The notes under the pieces were generated by a model, which did no database searches, was not told where the DNA came from, and worked only from the letters and a program-made list of their open reading frames with translations. Source: Eledone cirrhosa (taxonomy: Eukaryota). Taken from it: DNA of 64,000 nucleotides. This document shows positions 1 to 10,684 of the stretch, piece by piece. The DNA lies in the NCBI GenBank assembly GCA_964016885.1, contig OZ024764.1:2108001-2172000 (forward strand), written 5' to 3'. The translations under genes were made by a program, and so were the position numbers. How positions within the stretch are numbered: position 1 is the stretch's first letter; each line of letters opens with the position of its first letter.

Positions 1-175
1 TTATTTTTATCTAAAGACATTTTTTCCAATTCCATTCCAATTCTATCTTATTTCTCATTCTTTCTTCTGATGAAGGACTAGCGTCCGAAACGTTAAGACC
101 CTCTTCCTGCTATATCAAGCGTTAACTTGATATATTCCTTCCATATACTGTACTGATTGTGTTGTTATTTATGTT

Positions 176-180
<5 letters not shown>
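1..180 (+). mobile_element. Short Penelope-like (pLTR-type) repeat with hammerhead motif, copy 1, cut by the window edge
   Basis: Closely similar to 42039-42235. Contains CTGATGA...GAAAC and runs into (TA)n. Confidence 0.6.
63..98 (+). ncRNA. Type-I minimal hammerhead ribozyme
   Basis: Reads TCTT-CTGATGA-A-GGAC-TAGC-GTCC-GAAA-CG-T-T-AAGA. Stem I is TCTT/AAGA, stem II is GGAC/GTCC, and stem III is the palindrome ACGT. Core nucleotides are intact. Confidence 0.75.
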
Positions 181-254
<74 letters not shown>

Positions 255-367
255 CACATATATATATATATATATACATACACACACACACACACATATA
301 TATATATATGTGTGTGTGTGTGTGTTATGGAATACTGTTAGCTTCTCGCTACAACAGTTTCTATACT

Positions 368-418
<51 letters not shown>

Positions 419-443
419 TATATATATACACATATATATATAC

Positions 444-496
<53 letters not shown>

Positions 497-778
497 CACA
501 CACATATATATATACACACACATATATATATATACACACACATATATATATACACACACATATATATATATACACACACACATATATATATATATACACA
601 CACATATATATATACGCACACACATATATATATATACACACACATATATATATATACACACACACACATATATATATATATATACACACACATATATATA
701 TATACACACACACACACATATATATACACACACCCACACATATATATATATATATATATATACACACGCACACACACA

Positions 779-811
<33 letters not shown>

Positions 812-952
812 TTATCGATATATATATACATATTTATATGTATGTATGTGTATAAATGTGTATGGGTATATATATGTGTGTGTGTGTGTGTATGAATGTA
901 TATATACATGTGTATGTGTGTGTAAGTATATATATATATGTGTGTGTGTATA

Positions 953-1007
<55 letters not shown>

Positions 1008-1110
1008 TATATATATATATATATACTTACACACATACACATGTATATATACATTCATACACACACACATATATATACCCATACACATTTATACACATAC
1101 ATATAAATAA
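180..1110. repeat. Compound (TA)n/(CA)n/(TG)n microsatellite field
   Basis: Direct reading. The IY/TH/VC-rich ORFs here are artefacts. Confidence 0.95.
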
Positions 1111-1253
1111 AATATACCCCACACACATCCACCATAGGAGGGATATCATTCTTACAGAGATAGTGTTCTCAATAGATGAACAGTTCAAACAATTTCTTGC
1201 ACCTCCTGCCATTATTATTATTATTGAAAAAAAAATGAGCGTTTTATAATGTA

Positions 1254-2148
1254 CTAGCAGTGGTACCCGGCGTTGCACGGGATGAGGTATTTTGGAACGC
1301 AGGCCGCCAACACACCTAATCGTGGAAAAACTGCATGCCTGGACAATATGTTAAGAAAATAAACCGAATATTCTGATGGCTGGATAATCTTTGAGATTTT
1401 CCTCGATGAAGCAGGAAAAATGCAAATTTTCACCTAATGAGGGCACTAGGGGATCAAGGAAATAAATTTTTTTTTATGTGCATAATATGCCTTGAAATTT
1501 CGGGACAATCGGCTAGACGTAACGCCTCAAAAAGCCATAAAAAGCTGAAAAAATGACGTTTTTCACCTAATGCGGGCCCTAGGCCATAAAAAAGTTGGAT
1601 TTTCTTTGCTTACGGTATGAAGAAGAGACTGACTAATACATAGTTACAATTTCAAGGAAATCGGTCTGACGTAACGCCTCAAAAAACCCCTAAAAAGCTT
1701 TTAAAAAACGCAGTTTTTCACCTAATGAGGATCAAAATATGGAAAAATGTGGGAAAATGTTATGTGCATAACCCTCCCTGACACATAAGTAATACACATG
1801 TAAAGTTTGAAAAAAATCGGTTGGGTACTTCTCGAGTTTTAGGGATTTAAACTCACAGACAGACATCCTCAGGGAAGTGACGTAATGCAGACAGCCAGAC
1901 ATACAGACAGATATTATAAGGGCGCGCGGCGTTATATGTATGTATCTATCTAAAAAGAGAAAGACTAAGAATTATAGAGAGAGATCGCTAAATCGTCTAA
2001 TGCGGCCCCTAGGGCATTAAAAATTTGAAATTTTGTTTGCTCATAACATTCCCTGAAATATAAGTATTACATGTGTAAAGTTTGAAAACAGTGGATTGCG
2101 TGGTTCTCGAGTTACACAGACAGACATCCTCAGTTTTATATATATAGA
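1254..2148 (-). mobile_element. Non-autonomous Helitron
   Basis: Minus strand begins TC(TATATATATAAAA) at 2148. It ends with the hairpin CCCG-TGCAACGC-CGGG, then CTAG at 1254. Inserted between A and T with no TSD. Internal degenerate repeats (ttttcacctaatg) are present. Confidence 0.85.
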
Positions 2149-2306
2149 TGTAAAGTCTGTAAAATATAACTGGTTTTCATGTATCAGTGTGAACCATCTT
2201 ATCAAATGTTGAGTATTACATTTAAAAAGAATAATTTGTATAGAACCTTACTGCTTTTTCAAATATATATATATATATAGACAATATTCCCCCAATCCCT
2301 CCCCTG

Positions 2307-3564
2307 CAAAGTGGTTGTGTAGGTGTCACAACAAAAAGTACCCAGTCCACACTGTAAAGTGGTCATGTAGGTGTCACAACAAAAAGTACCCAGTCCACAC
2401 TATAAAGTGGTCATGTAGGTGTCACAACAAAAAGTACCCAGTCCACACTGTAAAGTGGTCATGTAGGTGTCACAACAAAAAGTACCCAGTCCACACTGTA
2501 AAGTGGTCATGTAGGTGTCACAACAAAAGCACCCAGTACACACTGTAAAGTGGTCATGTAGGTGTCACAACAAAAAGCACCCAGCCCACACTGTAAAGTA
2601 GTCATGTAGGTGTCACAACAAAAAGTACCCAGTCCACACTGTAAAGTAGTCATGTAGGTGTCACAACAAAAAGTACCCAGTCCACACTGTAAAGTAGTCA
2701 TGTAGGTGTCACAACAAAAAGTACCCAGTCCACACTGTAAAGTAGTCATGTAGGTGTCACAACAAAAAGCACCCAGCCCACACTGTAAAGTAGTCATGTA
2801 GGTGTCACAACAAAAAGTACCCAGTCCACACTGTAAAGTGGTCATGTAGGTGTCACAACAAAAAGTACCCAGTCCACACTGTAAAGTGGTCATGTAGGTG
2901 TCACAACAAAAAGTACCCAGCCCACACTGTAAAGTGGTCATGTAGGTGTCACAACAAAAGCACCCAGTACACACTGTAAAGTGGTCATGTAGGTGTCACA
3001 ACAAAAAGCACCCAGCCCACACTGTAAAGTAGTCATGTAGGTGTCACAACAAAAAGTACCCAGTCCACACTGTAAAGTAGTCATGTAGGTGTCACAACAA
3101 AAAGTACCCAGTCCACACTGTAAAGTAGTCATGTAGGTGTCACAACAAAAAGTACCCAGTCCACACTGTAAAGTAGTCATGTAGGTGTCACAACAAAAAG
3201 CACCCAGCCCACACTGTAAAGTAGTCATGTAGGTGTCACAACAAAAAGTACCCAGACCACACTGTAAAGTAGTCATGTAGGTGTCACAACAAAAAGTACC
3301 CAGTCCACACTGTAAAGTAGTCATGTAGGTGTCACAACAAAAAGTACCCAGTCCACACTGTAAAGTGGTCATGTAGGTGTCACAACAAAAAGTACCCAGT
3401 CCACACTGTAAAGTAGTCATGTAGGTGTCACAACAAAAAGCACCCAGCCCACACTGTAAAGTAGTCATGTAGGTGTCACAACAAAAAGTACCCAGTCCAC
3501 ACTGTAAAGTGGTCATGTAGGTGTCACAACAAAAGCACCCAGTACACACTGTAAAGTGGTCATG
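2307..3564. repeat. 48-bp minisatellite, about 26 copies (array A)
   Basis: Unit AAAAAGTACCCAGTCCACACTGTAAAGTGGTCATGTAGGTGTCACAAC. Confidence 0.95.
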
Positions 3565-4470
3565 CCAAAAGAGAGAGAGTTGGTTTCTAACATAGATACA
3601 AGACTCTCTCATTGGAATTTACACAACACCAACTAGGTAGATATGTATGTATGCCTGCATGTGTGTGTGTGCAGGTATGGATGTTATTGTATGTGTGGAT
3701 GTGTATATTTTGAGTTGTATGTGTACATGTGTATATGCTTTGTATCTGTACATGTGTATATGCAGTTATTAGATGCAAAATTTTTGGAATGTTTTACATA
3801 TTTTTACTGTTCCATTAATGGATTGTACTTGTAATATCCTAACTAGTTGTGTTCTTTCTGTTCCTGTGAAGCCTAGCTTCTCAAGATTTGTATTGAGGCA
3901 GTTACTAAAATACCCCAGTGCCCCAATAATCACAGGTATAAATATGAAGGTGTAATCAGGGTGGAGTATCTGCAGATTTCTCATCAGTTCTGCATAAATG
4001 TTCTTCTTTTCACTAATCTTTGATATTATATTGGCATCTGCTGGGCAGCTAATTTCCACTACTGTGCATACTTTCTTCTGCCTGTCCCATATCATAATAT
4101 CTGGTCTGTTATGCCTGCATTTTATTGGGGTTTTTACTGGAACATTCCACCAGTACTCTTTCATATTATGTATATGGATGTCTTCCACATTGTTGTAGCT
4201 TTTAATGTGTTTATTATCGGGGCTATCATTTTTACAAACTGCATTGTACAGTGTTTTAGCCACTATATCATGCCTCATAGGTAGATAGTACCGCGATGAC
4301 ATCTTTGGACAGCTGCTGATGACATGGGTGTTATCCTCGATGTTAGTTCTGCAGAGTCTTCACTTGTTATCACATCTAGGTGTTTTGCCTGCATCCCTAT
4401 CTCTTTTGTGAATCAGATATTTCATGCTGATCTCCTGTTCCTGGATTGCAAAAGTGTATCCTTCAAAGTG
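3565..4470 (-). mobile_element. 3' fragment of an RLE-type (R4/Dong-like) non-LTR retrotransposon
   Basis: Translation shows EGYTFAIQEQEI, a degenerate CCHC (*RLCRTNIEDNTHVISSC), RHD, and the endonuclease motif RPDIMIW...VVEISCP. 3' UTR is shared with 19123-19800. Confidence 0.8.
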
Positions 4471-4502
4471 GGAGCCATGTATGTATGTATGTATGTATGT
4501 AT

Positions 4503-4652
4503 CTAGGAGAATGTATCTCAGGAAACTGGGATAACTCCGATATAAAACCTGTAGCGCAGTAGTTACAGATGATGTTGATCTTTTCTTCTTTTCGGGTTAT
4601 AGCTACTGTCGCTCAGAGAGTGGGATTGGCTCAGTGCACAGTCTTTCCTCAT
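4503..4652 (+). mobile_element. Fragment of RTE-derived non-autonomous repeat, family B
   Basis: Matches 46792-46945 and the reverse complement of about 19980-20125. Confidence 0.6.
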
Positions 4653-4683
4653 CATGTATGTATGTATATATGTATATATATAT

Positions 4684-5027
4684 GGAGGCACATGGCTTAG
4701 TGGTTAGAGCATTGGCCTTGCAATCGAAAGGTTGTGAGTTCAATTCTCAAACCGGGTGATGTGTTGTTTCCTTAAGCAAGACACTTTATTTCACATTGCT
4801 CCAGTTTACTCAGCTGTAGAAATGAGATGATAGGGACTGGGGTCCCTATCATTCCACTGTACAGTGGTCGTGGAGGTGCCACGGCAAAAAAGCACCCAGC
4901 ACTCACTGTAAATGAGGTTGGTGTTAGGAAGGGCATCCAGCTGTAGAAATCAAGCCAGAATCAGTTCCCATCCCACCCTTGCAAGCAGGGAAAAGCGGAC
5001 GTAAAATGAAATGATGAAATGAAATGA
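4684..5027 (+). mobile_element. tRNA-derived CORE-like SINE, family 1
   Basis: A box TGGCTTAGTGG, B box GAGTTCAATTC, CORE-like TCCTTAAGCAAGACACTTT, AGGAAGGGCATCCAGC, and an ATGA/ATG tail. Five near-full copies occur in the window. Confidence 0.85.
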
Positions 5028-5035
5028 TATATAAA

Positions 5036-5185
5036 ATAGAAATGGCTTGTACAGGACTAGAACTGTTTCATTCAAAGGAAATCATTGAATGAAACAGTTC
5101 TAGTCCTGTAGAAGCCATTTCTATATTAAATATTTATACTCTGCTATGTATTGAGTACCTTACTCACCGTGATTACTCCCAAACA
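5036..5185 (+). repeat. Fold-back element (40-bp arms at 5036-5075 and 5085-5124) plus unique tail
   Basis: Arms are reverse complements with one mismatch around a 9-nt spacer. Flanked by TA-rich sequence. Confidence 0.85.
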
Positions 5186-5284
5186 TATATATATAAATGT
5201 ATGTATAGTATATTTGGCAATATACCGTATGTTTAATTAGAAACATTTTGAAGACCATTTCCTATCGGTTTTAAAGTAGTGACT

Positions 5285-6427
5285 ATACATACATTGATGT
5301 ATACATTGCTGTATACATTGCTGTATACATTGCTGTATATATTGATGTATACATTGCTGTATACATTGATGTATACATTGCTGTATACATTGATGTATAC
5401 ATTGATGTATACATTGATGTATACATTGATGTATACATTGCTGTATATATTGATGTATACATTGCTGTATACATTGCTGTATACATTGCTGTATACATTG
5501 ATGTATACATTGATGTATACATTGCTGTATACATTGATGTATACATTGCTGTATACATTGATGTATACATCAATGTATACATTGCTGTATACATTGCTGT
5601 ATACATTGCTGTATACATTGATGTATACATTGCTGTATACATTGATGTATACATTGCTGTATACATTGCTGTATACATTGATGTATTCATTGATGTATAC
5701 ATTGCTGTATACATTGATGTATACAGCAATGTATACATCAATGTATACATTGATGTATACATTGCTGTATACATTGCTGTATACATTGATGTATACATTG
5801 ATGTATACATTGATGTATACATTGCTGTATACATTGATGTATACATTGCTGTATACATTGATGTATACATTGATGTATACATTGCTGTATACATTGATGT
5901 ATACATTGATGTATACATTGCTGTATACATTGATGTATACAGCAATGTATACATTGCTGTATACATTGATGTATACATTGCTGTATACATTGATGTATAC
6001 AGCAATGTATACATTGCTGTATACATTGCTGTATACATTGCTGTATACATTGCTGTATACATTGCTGTATACATTGATGTATACATTGCTGTATACATTG
6101 CTGTATACATTGATGTATACAGCAATGTATACAGCAATGTATACATTGCTGTATACATCAATGTATACATTGATGTATACAGCAATGTATACATTGCTGT
6201 ATACAGCAATGTATACATCAATGTATACATTGCTGTATACATTGCTGTATACATTGATGTATACATTGATGTATACATTGATGTATACATTGATGTATAC
6301 ATTGATGTATACATTGCTGTATACATTGCTGTATACATTGATGTATACATTGATGTATACATTGCTGTATACATTGATGTATACATTGCTGTATACATTG
6401 ATGTATACATTGATGTATACATTGCTA
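5285..6427. repeat. 12-bp minisatellite GTATAC+ATTG(A/C)T, about 95 copies
   Basis: Direct reading. Some spacers are inverted (ATCAAT, AGCAAT). Confidence 0.95.
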
Positions 6428-6457
6428 TTTTACAGCACCTATCCTAATATATATATA

Positions 6458-6780
6458 TAATGAAAATTATTGTGTACAGTGCTCAGGTGCACTACAACTC
6501 ATCAAAGCTGCATGTATAGTACATAGAATAATTGTTTCTACTTTTTGGCACAAGGCCAGCAATTACCCAGTGTATTACTGGTACTTTATTTTATCGACCC
6601 CGAAAGGATGAAAGGCAAAGTTAACCTCGGCGGGATTTGAACTCAGAATGGCAAGGGCCGTAACTCTATCCTTCAAATCATGGCGTCCAACCCTCTACCG
6701 ATTCTGCCACTTCACTAGAATAATGTACAAATGTCAGGAAAGTAAACATGATTATGGAAAACATGAAATTTCATATATCT
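6458..6780 (-). mobile_element. CR1-like LINE 3' UTR fragment interrupted by a family-2 SINE
   Basis: AATGAAATTATTGTGTACAGTGCTCAGGTGCACTACAACTC matches 10695-10740. The match resumes (TAGAATAATGTACAAATGTCAGG) after the SINE. Confidence 0.65.
6530..6715 (-). mobile_element. tRNA-derived SINE, family 2
   Basis: Minus strand has A-box-like TGGCAGAATCGGTAG, B box GAGTTCAAATCC, core GCCTTTCATCCTTTCGGGGTCGATAAAATAAAGTACCAG, and an AATTATT tail. Confidence 0.85.
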
Positions 6781-6965
6781 ATCTATCTAGGGCGGGTAAA
6801 ATTCCCGAGATCCATGGACGAGTTCTCTCCAGCGGTCTCTGTCCCTCATTATCACTGCCATGTCCTGCGTCTCCAACAGACCAGTGTCTGTCCTTATTGC
6901 ATCAACATACGTTAACCTTGGTCTTCCTCTTCCAGTGTGTCCATGTAGGGGCTCCCAAAGGAGCA
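6780..6965 (-). mobile_element. Extreme 3' end of an RTE/RTEX-like LINE
   Basis: LLWEPLHGHTGRGRPRLTYVDAIRTDTGL...DRDRWR, a typical RTE-group ORF C-terminus, followed by an (ATAG)n tail. Confidence 0.7.
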
Positions 6966-7199
6966 TATGTATGTACGTATACATACTTATACATACTTAT
7001 GTATGTACGTATACATACTTATATTTAAGTATCAGCCATACTAAGAGTGAGAAATGAAATTTACTTTTTTCCATTTATCGTTTTCAGTACGCCTGGCTGA
7101 CTAACTCACTCGATATGCAAATTAGGCTGCTCAGCCGTTAATATGCATAAGGAAAGTATATACTTTCAAACGTTCAATCATCTGACAGGAAGGTATACT

Positions 7200-7236
7200 G
7201 TGCTGATGACAGCTAATAAGCTAGAAACTAATTCAC
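7200..7236 (+). ncRNA. Probable minimal hammerhead ribozyme, slightly degenerate
   Basis: Reads GTG-CTGATGA-C-AGCT-AATA-AGCT-A-GAAA-CTAA-T-T-CAC. Stem I is GTG/CAC and stem II is AGCT/AGCT. AATAAA and (TA)n follow downstream. Confidence 0.5.
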
Positions 7237-7464
7237 CATTCCTTTGTCAGTGTTGAACAAAAGGGCAACGGTGGTTGCTAAACACTGTACGGCTTAATTC
7301 GGGATGTTTGTTTACAAACACACCGAGCATTATAATAAATGTTCGATAAACCCATACGTACATATATATATGTGTGTGCATGTATGTATATATACATACA
7401 TGTATATATACATATATATATACATGTATGTCTGTATACATATATGTATGTACGTATACATACT

Positions 7465-7495
<31 letters not shown>

Positions 7496-7509
7496 TCATA
7501 TATATAGAG

Positions 7510-7630
7510 CAGGGGTGTTCAACATCTTCCATTGGGGGGCCACTTTTGAACATTGGAACAACTATTAGGGCCATTAATATTTATTAAGCACTATTCCAAA
7601 GATTCACCACAACTTCTTTCCATAACATGG
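7510..7630 (+). mobile_element. hAT (Charlie-like) element left end
   Basis: CAGGGGTGTTCAAC terminus preceded by ATATAGAG. No matching right end was found. Confidence 0.45.
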
Positions 7631-8370
7631 AACTGGGAAATTATAACATATAACCCTATCAGTGAAGCCCTTTAGTATAGGTCAACTGGGGAATTATAAC
7701 ACACATAACCCTATCAGTGAAGCCCTTTAGTATAGGTCAACTGGGGAATTATAACATATAACCCTATCAGTGAAGCCCTTTAGTATAGGTCAACTGGGGA
7801 ATTATAACATATAACCCTATCAGTGAAGCCCTTTAGTATAGGTCAACTGGGAAGTTATAACACATATAACCCTATCAGTGAAGTCCTTTAGTATAGGTCA
7901 ACTGGGAAATTATAACATATAACCCTATCAGTGAAGCCCTTTAGTATAGGTCAACTGGGAAATTATAACATATAACCCTATCAGTGAAGCCCTTTAGTAT
8001 AGGTCAACTGGGAAATTATAACATATAACCCTATCAGTGAAGTCCTTTAGTATAGGTCAACTGGGAAATTATAACACATATAACCCTATCAGTGAAGCCC
8101 TTTAGTATAGGTCAACTGGGGAATTATAACATATAACCCTATCAGTGAAGCCCTTTAGTATAGGTCAACTGGGGAATTATAACATATAACCCTATCAGTG
8201 AAGCCCTTTAGTATAGGTCAACTGGGGAATTATAACACATAACCCTATCAGTGATGCACTTTAGTATAGGTCAACTGGGAAATTATAACATATATAACCC
8301 TATCAGTGAAGTCCTTTAGTATAGGTCAACTGGGGAATTATAACATATAACCCTATCAGTGAAGCCCTTT
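7631..8370. repeat. 53-bp minisatellite, about 14 copies
   Basis: Unit AACTGGGAAATTATAACATATAACCCTATCAGTGAAGCCCTTTAGTATAGGTC. Confidence 0.95.
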
Positions 8371-8840
8371 AATATATATATATATACATATATGAAATAC
8401 AATATGTTGAAAAGGTAACACACCAGAGAGAGATATACAGTGCGCTATCAATAAAACAGGGAAAGAACCACCAGTGTATGGAATCTATAACCTATGAAAG
8501 GCTGACTATATACACGATAATTAAAAATATAAATTAAAGCGTAAATAAATACCTCTATAACTATATAACACATGTACAAATCCAAAGAGATCTGTTTCGC
8601 CAGTAAGTTGTTGACAGAAATGAAATAACCCCAGTTCTTCAGCGTGTGTAAGGCTATACATTTCAGACAACACTAAGAGAATTTTTCAAGCGACCGTCCA
8701 ACTACACGTGGGAGAGAGAAGTCACAGTGTGTTTAAGGGCAGTGAACGAGTGGCCTCTGAGGGACGAGATGCTAGAAAGGGCAGCCCAAAACCACTCAGA
8801 GAAGTGTGCTCAAGCAAACAGAGGGAGAGAAAAGACTGTT

Positions 8841-9195
8841 ATCATCATTCATCATCATCATCATCATTTCATTTTACGTCCACTTTTTCCCTGCTTGCAA
8901 GGGTGGGACAGGAACTGATTCTGGCTTGATGTCTACAGCTGGATGCCCTTCCTAACACCAACCTCATTTACAGTGAGTGCTGGGTGCTTTTTTGCCGTGG
9001 CACCTCCACGACCACTTTGCAGTGGAATGATAGGGACCCCAGTCCCTATCATCTCATTTCTACAGCTGAGTAAACTGGAGCAATGTGAAATAAAGTGTCT
9101 TGCTCAAGGAAACAACACACCACCCGGTCTGAGAATTGAACTCACAACCTTTCGATTGCAAGGCCAATGCTCTAACCACTAAGCCATGTGCCTCC
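8841..9195 (-). mobile_element. SINE family 1
   Basis: Reverse complement of 4684-5027. Confidence 0.85.
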
Positions 9196-9213
9196 ATATA
9201 TATGCATGTGCCT

Positions 9214-9274
<61 letters not shown>

Positions 9275-9473
9275 TTCTCAACCTGATTAGTTCTATCGTT
9301 GCTCTGGTATATATATTGTGTGTTTAGCCTACCACAATGTTCGATTTGTCAAGCTATTTAAACATGTTATTATTCTAAGGACCTATCTTATCGAGTGCTT
9401 TGCTAACTCATCATTTCATATAAGTAGGCCGAATTCACTTGCAAACCGCCAGAGATTCGATTTTATTGATTTC

Positions 9474-9512
<39 letters not shown>

Positions 9513-9514
<2 letters not shown>

Positions 9515-9765
9515 GATATTAAACAAATGGAAACTATATTTATAAAACCATATTTATTTCATTATACATATTTCAGGGATACCATATTAAAAATATGGCA
9601 TGCCTTCTTCAGATAAAATACAATATATAAGCAGTTTTATAAATAAATTTGACGTACCATAAATATTGATCAACTTCCATTTGAGAAGTTGGTTTGGTAG
9701 TGCTTTATATCAGTTATAAAATATTTACTCGTTGTAACCCAACAATTTTAAATAAAACTTTTGCA
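9513..9765 (-). mobile_element. Hammerhead-bearing short element inserted in (TA)n
   Basis: Both ends match 41049-41492 in reverse orientation. (TA)n on both sides. Confidence 0.65.
9555..9620 (-). ncRNA. Type-I hammerhead ribozyme
   Basis: Minus strand reads TATTTTAT-CTGAAGA-AGGCATGCCATA-loop-TATGGTATCCCT-GAAA-TATGTA-T-A-ATGAAATA. Stem I is 8 bp and stem II about 11 bp. Confidence 0.75.
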
Positions 9766-9804
9766 TATATATATATATATGCCCCCCCCCCCCCCCCCCC
9801 CCCA

Positions 9805-10075
9805 CCGCAAGGTGGTCGTGGAGGTGCCACGGCAAAAAGCACCCAGCCCACACTGTAAAGTGGACGTGTAGGCGCCACGAAAAAGCACCCAGGACTCACT
9901 GTAAATGAGGTTGGTGTTAGGAAGGGCATCCAGCTGTAGAAATCAAGCCAGATCAGTTCCTGTATGAGCAAGGCATGGTCAGCCGACCAGACACTGCCCA
10001 CAACAGGACAACCCGTCTAACCCATGCTAGCGTGGAAGAACGGACGTAAAACGGTGATGATGATGATGATGATGA
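9805..10075 (+). mobile_element. 3' part of a SINE family 1-related element with two 48-bp-like internal units
   Basis: AAAAAGCACCCAGCCCACACTGTAAAGTGGACGTGTAGG..., then AGGAAGGGCATCCAGC and a (GAT)n tail. Confidence 0.75.
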
Positions 10076-10237
10076 TATATATATATATATATATATATAT
10101 ACAGTGAATCTTCGCTTATCCAGACAGTCAAAACCAAACAGTTAGAAAAAGATCCGGTTAAGTGAAATATCTGGATAAGTGAATTCTAAATTCCCTTTGT
10201 TACATAATGCCCGTGGTTTCGAATGTTTTGGCATCTA

Positions 10238-10660
10238 TTAGTCAAAATAAAAGACAAATGCTAAGTAAAGAAAGATTAAAACTTCCTCTGCTTCTTCGTC
10301 ATCCCCCTTTCGACTTACGTGTTCATCAGTTCCGACGTCATCGAAATGTTCATACCCGAACCCGTCATTCTCAAACCATTCGATCAAATCTTCAATGTAC
10401 AATGCCTGGTCTAATTGCTCGTAGTCTGACGTTTTCAGGCTTTCGCTCTCTTTTCCACTCCCTTCAAACCAATTTGCAATTTTTCCGATACAAATCCGCA
10501 TAGCTTGGCTTCCGACCGTTTGATATCCGATATTGCAGACGTCCCGACATTGTATCTTTTCGCGAGTTCATCTGGCGTAGCTGTTTTCTTTTTCAATGCA
10601 TCACATAGAGAGCTTATCCGCGATAGTCAAAGCAACTCGCTTTCGCTTTTCTCCAGCCAT
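10238..10660 (-). pseudogene. pogo/Tigger (CENP-B-like HTH) transposase remnant
   Basis: MAGEKRKRVALTIADKL..., ELAKRYNVGTSAISDIK and YEQLDQALY are fused directly to an acidic C-terminal segment. Stops and frameshifts are present and the DDE domain is absent. Confidence 0.7.
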
Positions 10661-10684
10661 TATGTTTAACTGAGAGTTAGTTTT

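Noticed and set aside
157-1110. Many ORFs rich in I/Y/T/H or V/C (here and throughout the window)
   Set aside because: They are translations of dinucleotide microsatellites with no domain content.
4684-4760. tRNA gene
   Set aside because: A and B boxes are present but there is no complete cloverleaf, and the sequence continues into a SINE body and tail.
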